Shown: one piece after another, positions 27,513-37,104 of the stretch
Position numbering within the stretch: the first letter of the stretch is position 1
Layout: every line of letters begins with the position of its first letter
Assembly: GCA_019056785.1 (NCBI GenBank)
Contig: DXJV01000073.1
Span: forward strand, 1,416-65,415
Origin: Candidatus Heimdallarchaeota archaeon
GTDB lineage: Archaea > Asgardarchaeota > Heimdallarchaeia > JABLTI01
DNA length: 64,000 nt
Direction of reading: 5' to 3'
Translations under genes and position numbers: made by a program
The notes under the pieces: model-generated
The model's database searches: none
Told to the model about the DNA's origin: nothing
Seen by the model: only the letters and a program-made list of their open reading frames with translations

Positions 27513-29804
27513 ATGAAGAATTCAAAATTAATTGTTATGTTATTTTTTACTCTCTTCCTCTTACCATTCCCCACCAGCACAGCAATGAATAGTCTGCCAG
27601 CGACCCCTGTGTCCCCACCGAGTACCTTTAACCCTTTCGTTGCTCCAGATGTTACATATGACTTGAATCACAATAAAATTCATGACCATTTCGAGGCTAT
27701 CATTAAAAGTGGGCTATTAAGTGACACATATACTTCAATTGTGACTTTTTCACAACCATTGACTGATGTCCTTAAAGAGAAGATCGCTACTATTGGGGGG
27801 CAAATCCTCTCTTCTTGGTCAGTCATTCATGGTACTGCGATACGAATTAGAGGAACACAGGTAGAAAAGTTAGCCGCCTTGCCGGGAATATCATTTATAA
27901 CTGAAAATTATCAAAGCCAGGCATTATTGAGTACCAGCGTCCCCCAAATAAATGTTCGCCCCTATGTCTGGGACACGCTTGGGTATGAGGGTGATCCCAA
28001 CGATGCTATCGCCATTCTTGATACGGGAATTGATGCTTCACATCCCGACTTTGCCGGAAAAGTCGTTTATTGGAAGGACTTTATTGGGCACGATGCTTCT
28101 TCCACCGGTGACGAGTATTTGTCTGCAACAGATTGGAATGGCCATGGAACACATGTTTCTAGCATAGCCGCCGGTACCGGTGCGGCTGCTGAGACAGCAA
28201 CAACCGTAGAGGTAAGCGGTACACTTGGCATTCCCGCTTTAGATGCTTTGAATGGGTATATTGGCCAAATCGAAGTAGAAACTACGGGAAATGTTCATAT
28301 TGAAGTTCAATGGGATGACAAAGATGGACCAAATGGCGCCTCTGATACACTCTTTATCGCAATGGATACAACGGGTGACGGAACATTTACCGGCGATGAT
28401 GTTATTGTTTCAGGAGATTATGATAGTATCCCACTTACACTTGATGCCACAAATGTTGCTCCGGGACAATACCTCATACTAATTGGCCCCTATGAAACAG
28501 GGGAAATTGGTCGGGCTTCAATTCAATATACAGTTACTCGCCCAGCTTCCTCCACTTCTGATGGCCATAACAAGTATCGCGGTGTAGCACCGGGTTGTAA
28601 ACTGGTTGGTTTAAAGGTTTTAGATGATGCAGGTGTAGGAACACAATCTTCTTTTCTTGATGCTATAGATTGGATTTACAATAATGGTTTAACCTATAAT
28701 ATTTCGGTTGTTAGTATGTCTCTTGGATTTACTTCAACAGTTCTAAGCATTGATCAAGCCGTCAATAACCTCGTTTCTGAAGGTTATGTCTGTGTTGCAG
28801 CAGCTGGAAACGGTTATCTGGATGGAGACTATATCTATTCACCTGGAACTGCAAGTAAAGCAATTACTGTAGGCGCAATAGATGATGTTGATAAAATAGC
28901 TATTTATTCATCAAACGGATATACTGGTGATGCAAAACCAGATGTTGTTGCCCCCGGAGGAGCATATACAAGCCCTCTTGGAGCAGATGAAGATACCCAT
29001 CTTATTATTGCTGCAGATACGAATAGCAAAGATATCGTTGAATTCGGTTCTGGGACCCCCAGTACCTACTGGGAAACAGAAATGACAGCGGACGATTACG
29101 CCGTCTTTCAAGGAACGAGCATGGCAACACCACATGTCTCTGGTTTGGCTGCTTTGATAATACAAGCCATGGGCACAGGTTGGACTCACACAGAAACGTC
29201 TGCATTGAAAGTGAAAAATTACTTGTGCGGTACTGCTACAGAAGTACGCTATGGTGAAACCTATGATACCTATAGCCAGAATCCAACATTAAATCGTGGT
29301 GGGCGCGATCTGGTAGAGGGCTTTGGGAAAGTTCATGGAGATGCAGCCATTGAGGCCTTTCTGACAGAATATACTGCCGGGTCAACAGTCATAGGCTCTT
29401 TAGGAAGTTCACCAAACTCGAAGCAATCGTGGGCACGAAAAGTAGAGCTGGTTGAAAATATCGTTTTTACAGCTGGAATCGAGATGGATGGATCAGCCGA
29501 CTTCGACCTTTACCTCTACAACCCAGCTGCAAATTTTGCCTCAAGTAATGGTATTTTAGCAAAAAGTACCACCGCAGGTGCTGGGAGCCCCGAAAACCTC
29601 GCCTATACACCTACAAACAACATGACTGCGTATCTTGTCGTGAAACGCGTTTCTGGTTCGGGGAGTTTCACGCTCCAAGCCGAAGCAACAAAGACTGGCA
29701 CACCATCCCCCTCCTTCTTCATTGGCGTTCCCCTTGTCGCCTGGGCGATTCTTGGGTTCTTTGGGTTAGCATCAGTAGTCTTCTTAAGAGTTCGAAAGCA
29801 TTAA
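27513..29804 (+). CDS. Secreted subtilisin-like serine protease (S8) with a PPC-like domain and C-terminal TM anchor
   Basis: - Signal peptide
- Catalytic triad: AILDTGID (D), HGTHVSS (H), GTSMATPHVSG (S)
- DFDLYLYNP pre-peptidase-C-like domain
- Hydrophobic tail ...VVFLRVRKH. Confidence 0.9.
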   Translation: MKNSKLIVMLFFTLFLLPFPTSTAMNSLPATPVSPPSTFNPFVAPDVTYDLNHNKIHDHFEAIIKSGLLSDTYTSIVTFSQPLTDVLKEKIATIGGQILSSWSVIHGTAIRIRGTQVEKLAALPGISFITENYQSQALLSTSVPQINVRPYVWDTLGYEGDPNDAIAILDTGIDASHPDFAGKVVYWKDFIGHDASSTGDEYLSATDWNGHGTHVSSIAAGTGAAAETATTVEVSGTLGIPALDALNGYIGQIEVETTGNVHIEVQWDDKDGPNGASDTLFIAMDTTGDGTFTGDDVIVSGDYDSIPLTLDATNVAPGQYLILIGPYETGEIGRASIQYTVTRPASSTSDGHNKYRGVAPGCKLVGLKVLDDAGVGTQSSFLDAIDWIYNNGLTYNISVVSMSLGFTSTVLSIDQAVNNLVSEGYVCVAAAGNGYLDGDYIYSPGTASKAITVGAIDDVDKIAIYSSNGYTGDAKPDVVAPGGAYTSPLGADEDTHLIIAADTNSKDIVEFGSGTPSTYWETEMTADDYAVFQGTSMATPHVSGLAALIIQAMGTGWTHTETSALKVKNYLCGTATEVRYGETYDTYSQNPTLNRGGRDLVEGFGKVHGDAAIEAFLTEYTAGSTVIGSLGSSPNSKQSWARKVELVENIVFTAGIEMDGSADFDLYLYNPAANFASSNGILAKSTTAGAGSPENLAYTPTNNMTAYLVVKRVSGSGSFTLQAEATKTGTPSPSFFIGVPLVAWAILGFFGLASVVFLRVRKH

Positions 29805-29807
29805 GAA

Positions 29808-29848
29808 ATGGATGGGAAACTACCCCCTTCCATTGTTCTCTTTTTTTT
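29808..29848 (+). terminator. Hairpin plus oligo-T tract downstream of the protease gene
   Basis: ATGGATGGGAAACTACCCCCTTCCAT (imperfect 9-10 bp stem) followed by TGTTCTCTTTTTTTT. Confidence 0.4.
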
Positions 29849-30124
29849 GAAAACAGTGTATTTTTTCTGATAATACCAGAATTAATTAACCTTTAATAAT
29901 TGGTACACTTATCAAATAATTGAACTCTTGTCGCTCTTCTGCGTATGAAAGGCAGCGGCAATATTTTCGGCGAACTCTGGTCACGCTTTTATTAAAGAAC
30001 AAGGCGATAAAATTGGCGATAAAAACCAGTCTGAAAAGAGAGTTTAATGACAAAAAAAGAGGCATGTAAGAAAAGTACGAAGAAATGTAGCCTTTTCCAG
30101 CAACATTTGTGGAGCAGATAAAAA

Positions 30125-33100
30125 ATGGCCCATACTGAAAAGCTCTTTCGAAAATTAGTCCTAGAAAATTTGATGCTACATGACAATACAACTATTGACC
30201 TTGCAAAAGAAGCGATAACATTAATCACAGGGGCAAATGGTTCAGGAAAGACACAAATTCTAGATGGTTTAATCATTTGTTTAGGCTATATCCCTCAAAG
30301 GGCAAAAGGAAAGGGCATCAGAAGTTTGGTGGGAGAAAGAGATGAATTTGCACGTGTATCACTTACATTAAATAACCCTATTATAGATGGGCGGTTCGCA
30401 ATCCAAACCCTTGACCAAGATCTGAATAATGTCATCTCACAAAAGGAATTCACTATTACAGCAAAAATCTCAAAGCAAGAAAACTCAGTAACCTACTATT
30501 TAAATAACTCGCGGCGCATTGTCCAAGGCCGATTAGTCACGAGACGAGATATCCGACGAATTTTCGAATCGATTGGTGTTCGAGGGGACAACAAGCTAGC
30601 TTTTACAGGGGAAGGAACAGTTGATGAGTTCGCCGCAAAAAGTCCAAAGAGAAAACTAGATGTCTTGTTAGATGTCACGGGATTGAAGCACTACCGAGAA
30701 GAAATTATTGCCGCGCAAGAGACGCTAAAAGCAAGCATACAAGAAATCGAGCCCTTGAAACGAAAATACGAGACCGAAAAAAAACTCCTGAACTTGTGGA
30801 ATAACACGCTTTCACTCCTCGCGCAGAAGAAAAAATTGGTCTATATGAAGAAGAAATTGGAAACAGAATTAAGCTGGTCTTTAGTACAAAGAGTTGAAAA
30901 ACAAATCGAAGCATTGAATAAAGAACGCTTGAAAATCCTCAAAAAAAAGGAGGAAGTAACAAAAAAAATCGAACAAAAAATCGAAGAAATCGACTCCAAG
31001 ACAGAGCAATTAACACGGTTAAATGACAAATTAGCATTTGTTAAGGAAAAAGAGGCAAAGAAAAATCACAAGTTAATCATTCTTAAGACACAAATTGCTA
31101 GCGACACAGAAAACATTCAAAATTTAGAAAATGAATTAGCACGATTTGAGGAGCAAAAAGCAGACCTTGAGAAAATACTGAGAACAAAAGAGCTTTCAGC
31201 AAAGGACCGGCAATTAAAAGAAAAATATGAGGTCTTGGCAGTAAAAGAAGCAAAGCTTGCTATGATCCAGGAAAAATACACTCGGGCAGAAAAAGAGTTA
31301 CAAGAACTCCAGAAACAACTTGTACCTGTTTCTGTTATAGACGATTATGATTTAAATGGCGAAATTTTTACTGGGGACAGGTTAACAAAATATGAGGAAT
31401 CGCTTGTTAATGCTGCAAAACGTTTTACAGTATCTCTCCGTTCCCAAGGGTTGGAAAATGATGTCCTAGGACCATTAATAACTTATCTCCATATAAAAGA
31501 GGGAGAAAAGACGTGGGAGCGTGCAGTGAAGAATGTTATCGGTCGGAATTTATTTGCCTTTCTCGCAAAGACAGATGATGCCTATCGGAAGGCAAAAAGC
31601 CTATATGATAAACTCTGGCCCCGTTGGAAACCACCACTTACTGTCTACAAGCTCTCAAATGGAATAAAACAAGAAACAATACCTTTGCAGAAACCGCCAT
31701 ATAAGGAAATCTACGAACATGCGATGAACCTTGTAACAGGGGAACCAGTTGTTGTTAATTTTCTCAAAAGGATTACAAAGGGCCTTGTGGCAGAAGATAG
31801 CTACGACCCGGTCATTCTCACCAAAATTGCCAAAGATCTGCGAATGAATATTCTAACAAAATCAACCAAGAGTTATTTTCTAGCACAGGGTGGCTTTGGC
31901 CGCCCGCCTATGCCAATAAAAACGCCATTTGGTTGGAGAGTAAAAACCCCCACCACAAACAAGCAGCGATTCGCAACCGATTATTACGAAGAGCAAAAGC
32001 TTCGAGTGACAATTGCTAAATTGGAGAAATCGCTTCGAGAACTAAAAATAAGCGAGATCCAAACACTGAGGGCGATCTCCCAATTACACAAGGAAATCCA
32101 GTCGCTTGGTATGCCAGAAGAGAAGCTCATCGGGAAAATAGATTCCATAGCTGACATAGTGAGCCTTATCAAGGCCAAAATCCTCGAGAGCAAAATGCAC
32201 AAAGAAAAGTTGGTGAAAAATCTCCAAAAACTTGATGAGGAGTTTGATTCATTCGCCACAGAACGATTGACATTAAAACGTGCCATTCAGCAAACACAAG
32301 AAGAAATAGAAAAGGCTAAAATAGAGAAGGGTGTGTTAGAAGAGAAAGCGACAGAAGTTGTCATGTTAGAGTTGACCCTTGATAACCAGTACGAAAGCCT
32401 CTTAGAAGAGCAAAAAGAGCGGGAAGCAAATGCTCTGGCAAAAGGTGAGCGGCCTGAAGAAATCCGTTCCTATACAGAAATTCGGGATGAACTCAGTAGA
32501 ATCGAGGGGAATCTGGAATCCATTAACATCAGTGATGTTGATGAAGAGAAAATAACTGCTCAAAAGACAAAAGTGGAATCATTAAAACAATACATGGTGG
32601 AACGGGAAGAACATATCACCAATCTCCGGGCCGATTTAGCAGCACGCCTAACTTTTTGGAATGGCGAATTACATGAGACCATAACAAAAATAACAAAAGC
32701 TATGAAATTACTTTTGAGTGGTATTTTCGAGAAGATTAAATTAAAAATAACTAATATTAATAATCCCGATGAAGCGGGATTGTTTATCGAAGCAATAACA
32801 AAGGGGGCGAGGTACCGCGACTTCCGAGAACTCAGCGGTGGAGAAAAAGTCCTGGCAATTGAAGGATTAATCTTGGCAATGCATACATTAACCGATTCAC
32901 CAATCCACGCAATAGATGAATTCACACAACGATTGGATGAGAAAAACAAAACACTGGCTTTCAATATAGCATTACGAACACAAACATTGGCAAGTGAAAA
33001 TTCACGTTTTGTACCTCAATTTATCCTTCTCTGCCCAGACGCCATAAATGTCGACTTGTCTTCAAATATAAATCATATTGTTGTTTCAGAACTGAAGGTG

Positions 33101-33148
33101 ATAGAAAATGAACCCATTAAAAACGTCCAAAACACTAAGAAACAATAA
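30125..33148 (+). CDS. Non-canonical SMC-family ATPase (Smc5/6-like features)
   Basis: - Walker A: GANGSGKT.
- FTGEGTVDEFAAKSPKRKLDVLLDVTGLKHY, equivalent to the QG..f...p..R motif.
- About 300+300 aa of coiled coil.
- Hinge-like block VLGPLITYLHIKEGEKTWERAVKNVIGRNLFAFLAKTDDAY.
- Signature LSGGEK and Walker B IHAIDEFTQRLDEKN.
- 1007 aa, shorter than canonical archaeal SMC. Confidence 0.8.
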   Translation: MAHTEKLFRKLVLENLMLHDNTTIDLAKEAITLITGANGSGKTQILDGLIICLGYIPQRAKGKGIRSLVGERDEFARVSLTLNNPIIDGRFAIQTLDQDLNNVISQKEFTITAKISKQENSVTYYLNNSRRIVQGRLVTRRDIRRIFESIGVRGDNKLAFTGEGTVDEFAAKSPKRKLDVLLDVTGLKHYREEIIAAQETLKASIQEIEPLKRKYETEKKLLNLWNNTLSLLAQKKKLVYMKKKLETELSWSLVQRVEKQIEALNKERLKILKKKEEVTKKIEQKIEEIDSKTEQLTRLNDKLAFVKEKEAKKNHKLIILKTQIASDTENIQNLENELARFEEQKADLEKILRTKELSAKDRQLKEKYEVLAVKEAKLAMIQEKYTRAEKELQELQKQLVPVSVIDDYDLNGEIFTGDRLTKYEESLVNAAKRFTVSLRSQGLENDVLGPLITYLHIKEGEKTWERAVKNVIGRNLFAFLAKTDDAYRKAKSLYDKLWPRWKPPLTVYKLSNGIKQETIPLQKPPYKEIYEHAMNLVTGEPVVVNFLKRITKGLVAEDSYDPVILTKIAKDLRMNILTKSTKSYFLAQGGFGRPPMPIKTPFGWRVKTPTTNKQRFATDYYEEQKLRVTIAKLEKSLRELKISEIQTLRAISQLHKEIQSLGMPEEKLIGKIDSIADIVSLIKAKILESKMHKEKLVKNLQKLDEEFDSFATERLTLKRAIQQTQEEIEKAKIEKGVLEEKATEVVMLELTLDNQYESLLEEQKEREANALAKGERPEEIRSYTEIRDELSRIEGNLESINISDVDEEKITAQKTKVESLKQYMVEREEHITNLRADLAARLTFWNGELHETITKITKAMKLLLSGIFEKIKLKITNINNPDEAGLFIEAITKGARYRDFRELSGGEKVLAIEGLILAMHTLTDSPIHAIDEFTQRLDEKNKTLAFNIALRTQTLASENSRFVPQFILLCPDAINVDLSSNINHIVVSELKVIENEPIKNVQNTKKQ

Positions 33149-33914
33149 CCCCTCCGCTAAAACTGCCAAGGAGAAACCGCCAGAAAAAGCAGAGAAACGC
33201 CTGTGGAGCATCGCCAGAAAATATAAGTTGCTCTTCGACCGGAAACAAGTGCCAAAAATAGCTGAGAGTGAGGAAGATCGCAAAGCAGTGGCAGACGCCT
33301 ATTTGGAATTGGAAACACAAAGGCATCGGCAGTTAGATGCCCGGGTTTATCAATCACTCACAAAAATGCAAAGAATAAGAGACACTAAAATTGCTTTGGA
33401 AGGAACCACAGAGAAAGAACGATTGCGGATGATTGCTTGGGAAGTGAAAACAAGAACACAGCCGGTCATTTTCCTTCTGGGGGACAGTACTATCGAAATG
33501 GATATTTTTCACATGCATGATGGGTCTCCAGTAAGAATTGTGGACGGGGAGGATGATAAAGAACTCACTGTTGAGGACACCATCCTAACTGATAGCACGA
33601 TAGCAATTTTGGATTCGTTGGCTGAAAGGGTGTTAACTCCAGAAGAAAGGAAATTTTTGGAAGAAGAATTAATAGCATTACTCGCAGGAAAAAGCTATAA
33701 AGCAACGGAATTAGAAGCACTTATCGATAATGTTCAAGCGGATATTTTATCTATGCTCATTCGCGAGAAAAGGTTGGTGGCAGTAAAAAGAGCAGATGGC
33801 ATGATAGAGTTTCTGACTCAAGAGGGCTATAATGAACGATTGAAAGATAGCGAAGCATTTTCGCAATCAATTGTCCTCTTCCCAAGAAAAAGCACAAATG
33901 GGGGATTAATATGA
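33108..33914 (+). CDS. Candidate kleisin-like subunit (C-terminal winged-helix)
   Basis: Overlaps the SMC gene by 41 nt. Basic disordered N-terminus, helical N-domain, acidic linker, and a C-terminal WH-like segment KATELEALIDNVQADILSMLIREKRLVAVKRADGMIEFLT. The assignment rests mainly on context. Confidence 0.4.
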   Translation: MNPLKTSKTLRNNNPSAKTAKEKPPEKAEKRLWSIARKYKLLFDRKQVPKIAESEEDRKAVADAYLELETQRHRQLDARVYQSLTKMQRIRDTKIALEGTTEKERLRMIAWEVKTRTQPVIFLLGDSTIEMDIFHMHDGSPVRIVDGEDDKELTVEDTILTDSTIAILDSLAERVLTPEERKFLEEELIALLAGKSYKATELEALIDNVQADILSMLIREKRLVAVKRADGMIEFLTQEGYNERLKDSEAFSQSIVLFPRKSTNGGLI

Positions 33915-34540
33915 ATCTTGATAGTTTTTTAACAAAAGATGAGGCTGAGGAAGCAAAGGAAAAAACTCAAACAATAAAAGAACGATTGACAGAAGATTTT
34001 GGCGAAATTGACCCCCAGCTATTTATTGCACTAACATCTCGTTGGCGAAGGCAAAATGGCACCCTCGCATTTGGCGTGTCAAAAAGGCAATTGCGCGCAA
34101 AAACAGGATTGACTTTATTAGAACTCGAGACGCTTCTCACAGATTTTGGAAACAAAGTCACACGATTAGGATTAGAGTTGGTCTCATATTTAATTGATAA
34201 TGAAGAATGGTTCTGTCTCCGATCAATTTATGTGGTGCCTAACGAGTTAACACTAGATGAACAAGCAGTCTTAGGAACGATTATTTTCTTAATAGAAAAG
34301 ACTCGAGATAATAGGCGAAGGGATGAACGACCAATCAAAAGTGCAGAGGTGTTTGAACGATTGGTGAAAAGAGGATATTATTCAGAATATACACTCACAA
34401 AGATTTTACGAACGTTAGATGCCGCAGGATATATCCGGCGAGGGGGAACTAAAATACGGTACGGCGCAAGAACGTTAATCGAGCTTTCGCCAGAACGGCG
34501 ACAAGAAATCGCCGAAAGGACAGAAGGAATGTTACTTTAA
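33911..34540 (+). CDS. Tandem winged-helix protein (KITE/ScpB/Nse-like candidate)
   Basis: 4-nt overlap with the upstream gene. Two WH-like units (...TGLTLLELETLLTDFGNKVTRLGLELVSYL...WFCLRS and ...SAEVFERLVKRGYYSEYTLTKILRTLDAAGYIRRGG). Confidence 0.45.
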   Translation: MNLDSFLTKDEAEEAKEKTQTIKERLTEDFGEIDPQLFIALTSRWRRQNGTLAFGVSKRQLRAKTGLTLLELETLLTDFGNKVTRLGLELVSYLIDNEEWFCLRSIYVVPNELTLDEQAVLGTIIFLIEKTRDNRRRDERPIKSAEVFERLVKRGYYSEYTLTKILRTLDAAGYIRRGGTKIRYGARTLIELSPERRQEIAERTEGMLL

Positions 34541-34567
34541 AACAAAGAAAGAAAGGATGGAAAATGA

Positions 34568-35050
34568 ATGGCTGTAATTACTACTAACACGGTCTCTATC
34601 CGATGTGTCGGGCACAACGGCCGTGCAACGTTGAAAGAAGCCGTATCTGAAGGCTGGCGCATGTGTCGCGTGTGTTTATCATTCATTTGCCCAAAATGTA
34701 TCAAAGAGTTCGATTTGAAGATGGGTGGGGTCTGCCCTTCATTCATTTTTGGTATTGAAAAACATCAGCTGAGCCTGGCCCCCATTCCAGTTGAAAAAGT
34801 GCTTGTATTTGTAGAGGAAAATAAAACCGAGGGGATAACAGCTGGGCTGCTAGAAACGCTCTTCTATGAAGATGAACAGATGGGGTTTATACCATTTTAT
34901 GCAACGATGGACGACAAGCCTAAGAAAGATGGCAGTATAGAAGACGACGCAGAGCCACCAAAAATCCAAGAGGAAATTTGGGCGTCTTTTGGTTTTGTAA
35001 TGACGAAACGTAGGAGAGGAAAATTCATCACCTGGGAAAAAATCGGTTGA
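34568..35050 (+). CDS. Small Cys/His-rich zinc-finger protein (candidate RING-like / E3-like component)
   Basis: IRCVGHNGRATLKEAVSEGWRMCRVCLSFICPKCIKEFDLKMGGVCPS corresponds to C-x2-H-x16-C-x2-C-x4-C-x2-C-x11-C. It sits directly upstream of the JAMM/E1/Ubl/E2 genes. The fourth ligand pair is unclear. Confidence 0.35.
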   Translation: MAVITTNTVSIRCVGHNGRATLKEAVSEGWRMCRVCLSFICPKCIKEFDLKMGGVCPSFIFGIEKHQLSLAPIPVEKVLVFVEENKTEGITAGLLETLFYEDEQMGFIPFYATMDDKPKKDGSIEDDAEPPKIQEEIWASFGFVMTKRRRGKFITWEKIG

Positions 35051-35068
35051 AAAAAGGAGAAAAGTTAC

Positions 35069-35695
35069 ATGCCATCGAATAATACAAACGACACGAAAAC
35101 TTCTAAACAACAATCCCTTACTGAAACCGTTAGTGAAGAGAAAAAGACCCTCGAAGGAGAGCTAGAACACGAGTTTTCTTCTGAAAAAGAAAAGGAGGAA
35201 GGCACCGATAATAAGGAGGTCTATCATGTCTATATTCTCCAGAGGGTTGTCCAAGAAACCAAACGGATCTGTAAATTAGCAGACCCAAAGGAAGCACTCG
35301 GTATTTTGCTTGGGTATAAATATACGTATAAAGGAAAGCGATATGTCAAAGTTGTCGATTGGGTAACAGGACACGCATATCAAAGTCATGCATATGCCGA
35401 ATTCACACCAAAAGGCGTTCAACAATATACTTCCATTATTCAGGAAAAATATGGCGATTGTGAAACAAGGCCTAGAATTGTCGGCATTTTTCATTCTCAC
35501 CCTTTTGGTACCAACCCTAGTTTTTCTAGTACAGATTACGGCACATTCCTCAACTTTCCTTATGATGCTGAATACAATGTCTTTGTTTTAATAGACCCCA
35601 GAGCAAAGTACTACAAAAGTTATATTGTTGTTAAAGATGATGAAGGGCGAAAAGGCTTGCAAGAAGTTGACTGGGTAGAATATACAGTAAAATAG
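35069..35695 (+). CDS. JAB1/MPN/Mov34 (JAMM) metalloprotease, Rpn11-like deubiquitinase candidate
   Basis: Upstream Glu (KEALGILLG) plus HSHPFGTNPSFSSTD, i.e. the canonical E...HxHx7Sx2D JAMM motif. AAGGAG ribosome-binding site before the ATG. Confidence 0.8.
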   Translation: MPSNNTNDTKTSKQQSLTETVSEEKKTLEGELEHEFSSEKEKEEGTDNKEVYHVYILQRVVQETKRICKLADPKEALGILLGYKYTYKGKRYVKVVDWVTGHAYQSHAYAEFTPKGVQQYTSIIQEKYGDCETRPRIVGIFHSHPFGTNPSFSSTDYGTFLNFPYDAEYNVFVLIDPRAKYYKSYIVVKDDEGRKGLQEVDWVEYTVK

Positions 35696-35717
35696 GGAAA
35701 AATCGCGCGGTGAAAAA

Positions 35718-36587
35718 ATGACTTCGAACAAAAAAAGTGAGCGGCTCAAAGTCAGCTTTTACGAAGAAGATATTGATGATAGAACAAGGAGGTATTTCGG
35801 TCAAGAGAATTTGGCGAAAATTAAGAGTAGCACTGTATTATGTGTTGGTGCCGGAGCCGTAGGTAACGAAGTCTGTAAAAATCTTGGTATGTTAGGTGTT
35901 GGGCACATTCGTCTGGTTGATTTTGATGTCGTAAACAAGTCAAATATAAATCGCTGTATCTTTTTTAGGCCGGAAGATCATAAGAAAATCTCTAAAGTGG
36001 CAGCCGTAGCGAAACGCTTGCCTGAGCTTGCACCTAATATAAAAATTACCCCATATAATGTCCGGATAGAAGAAGCACCTCAAGAAGTTTACAAAGCGGA
36101 CCTTATTATTATGGCCTTAGATAATGATTATGCACGATATATGTTGAATGCTGGGAATTTAATGCAAGAACACCCCCTCCCTATGATCAATGGTGCAATG
36201 GGCCGGTCCTTTATAGAAGTACAAATCTACTACCCAGGACAAACTGCTTGCGCCGTTTGTTTATGGAGTGAAGCCTATTATCAACAAGTAATGAACCATC
36301 AGGTCATCTTGAAATGCGACAAATTCTTTATCGAAACGCTTCCAAAATTCCCAATGATAAGCACTCTAACATCAATTGTCGGCGGTATAATGGCTGTCGA
36401 AGCCACTAAAATACTCATAAGTAAAGACACGAGAAAAACCTATTCAGATATTACCAAAGGCCAAGAACCAAATTTCGGTAAAATGATTAGATATGACTTG
36501 CGCAAACATGACTTTACCTTTGCGACCATCCAACCTAATCCAAAGTGTGTGGATGTTACCTGCCGCGCTCGAAGGCGCCAGAGCTAA
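35718..36587 (+). CDS. E1-like ubiquitin-activating enzyme (ThiF/MoeB/Uba family)
   Basis: Nucleotide loop VLCVGAGAVGNEVCKNL, DFDVVNKSNINRC, and two Cys pairs (CAVC ... C-x4-C) forming the ThiF-type zinc site. Confidence 0.85.
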   Translation: MTSNKKSERLKVSFYEEDIDDRTRRYFGQENLAKIKSSTVLCVGAGAVGNEVCKNLGMLGVGHIRLVDFDVVNKSNINRCIFFRPEDHKKISKVAAVAKRLPELAPNIKITPYNVRIEEAPQEVYKADLIIMALDNDYARYMLNAGNLMQEHPLPMINGAMGRSFIEVQIYYPGQTACAVCLWSEAYYQQVMNHQVILKCDKFFIETLPKFPMISTLTSIVGGIMAVEATKILISKDTRKTYSDITKGQEPNFGKMIRYDLRKHDFTFATIQPNPKCVDVTCRARRRQS

Positions 36588-36701
36588 GAAACTGTCAGTA
36601 TCGACAAGAGCATTCGAGGCATTGGTGCTCTGTTAAAGATGCTGAGAAAAAAGCATCAATAGAAAAAAGAAAAAATCTACAAAAAAAGGTGACCGAGTAA
36701 C

Positions 36702-37019
36702 ATGTCTGAAGAAGAAACCACCTGGCGAGAAATAATCGTTGATGTCGAGCCACGCCAAAAAGAATTCCGTGTGGCTGTAGAGGAAGAATCCACCGTTGAT
36801 GAAGTCGTGAAAACGTTAGTGCAACGTTGTGTAGACGAAGGTGTGGATATCACTAAATGGGCAAAAGAGAAAGTTGGCCAGCCAAATGTCAGTTTTGTGC
36901 TCATGCGAAAAGCCTTTGGCAACACTGCCCTCGCACCAGCAGCAACATTTGGCTCCCTCGAACCTCCATTGGAGAATAATGAACGATTCAAATTAGATGC
37001 TTGTGCACAAGTCGGCTAG
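36702..37019 (+). CDS. Ubiquitin-like beta-grasp protein candidate ending in a single C-terminal Gly
   Basis: 105 aa between the E1 and E2 genes. The predicted strand-strand-helix pattern (REIIVDVEP / KEFRVAVEE / TVDEVVKTLVQRCVDEG) fits a beta-grasp. The protein ends ...FKLDACAQVG-stop. Context-driven call. Confidence 0.5.
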   Translation: MSEEETTWREIIVDVEPRQKEFRVAVEEESTVDEVVKTLVQRCVDEGVDITKWAKEKVGQPNVSFVLMRKAFGNTALAPAATFGSLEPPLENNERFKLDACAQVG

Positions 37020-37104
37020 TGCCAATTTTTTCTTTTCCCTCTCTTGTAATTTCTTAAAGAAGAGAAAAAAACAGCAGGTAAAAAGGTGAATCGTCATTTC
37101 ACGA

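Noticed and set aside
29886-30276. Two about 100-aa minus-strand ORFs upstream of and overlapping the SMC-like gene start
   Set aside because: The products are Phe/Cys/Ile-rich, overlap the well-supported SMC N-terminus, and have no motifs.
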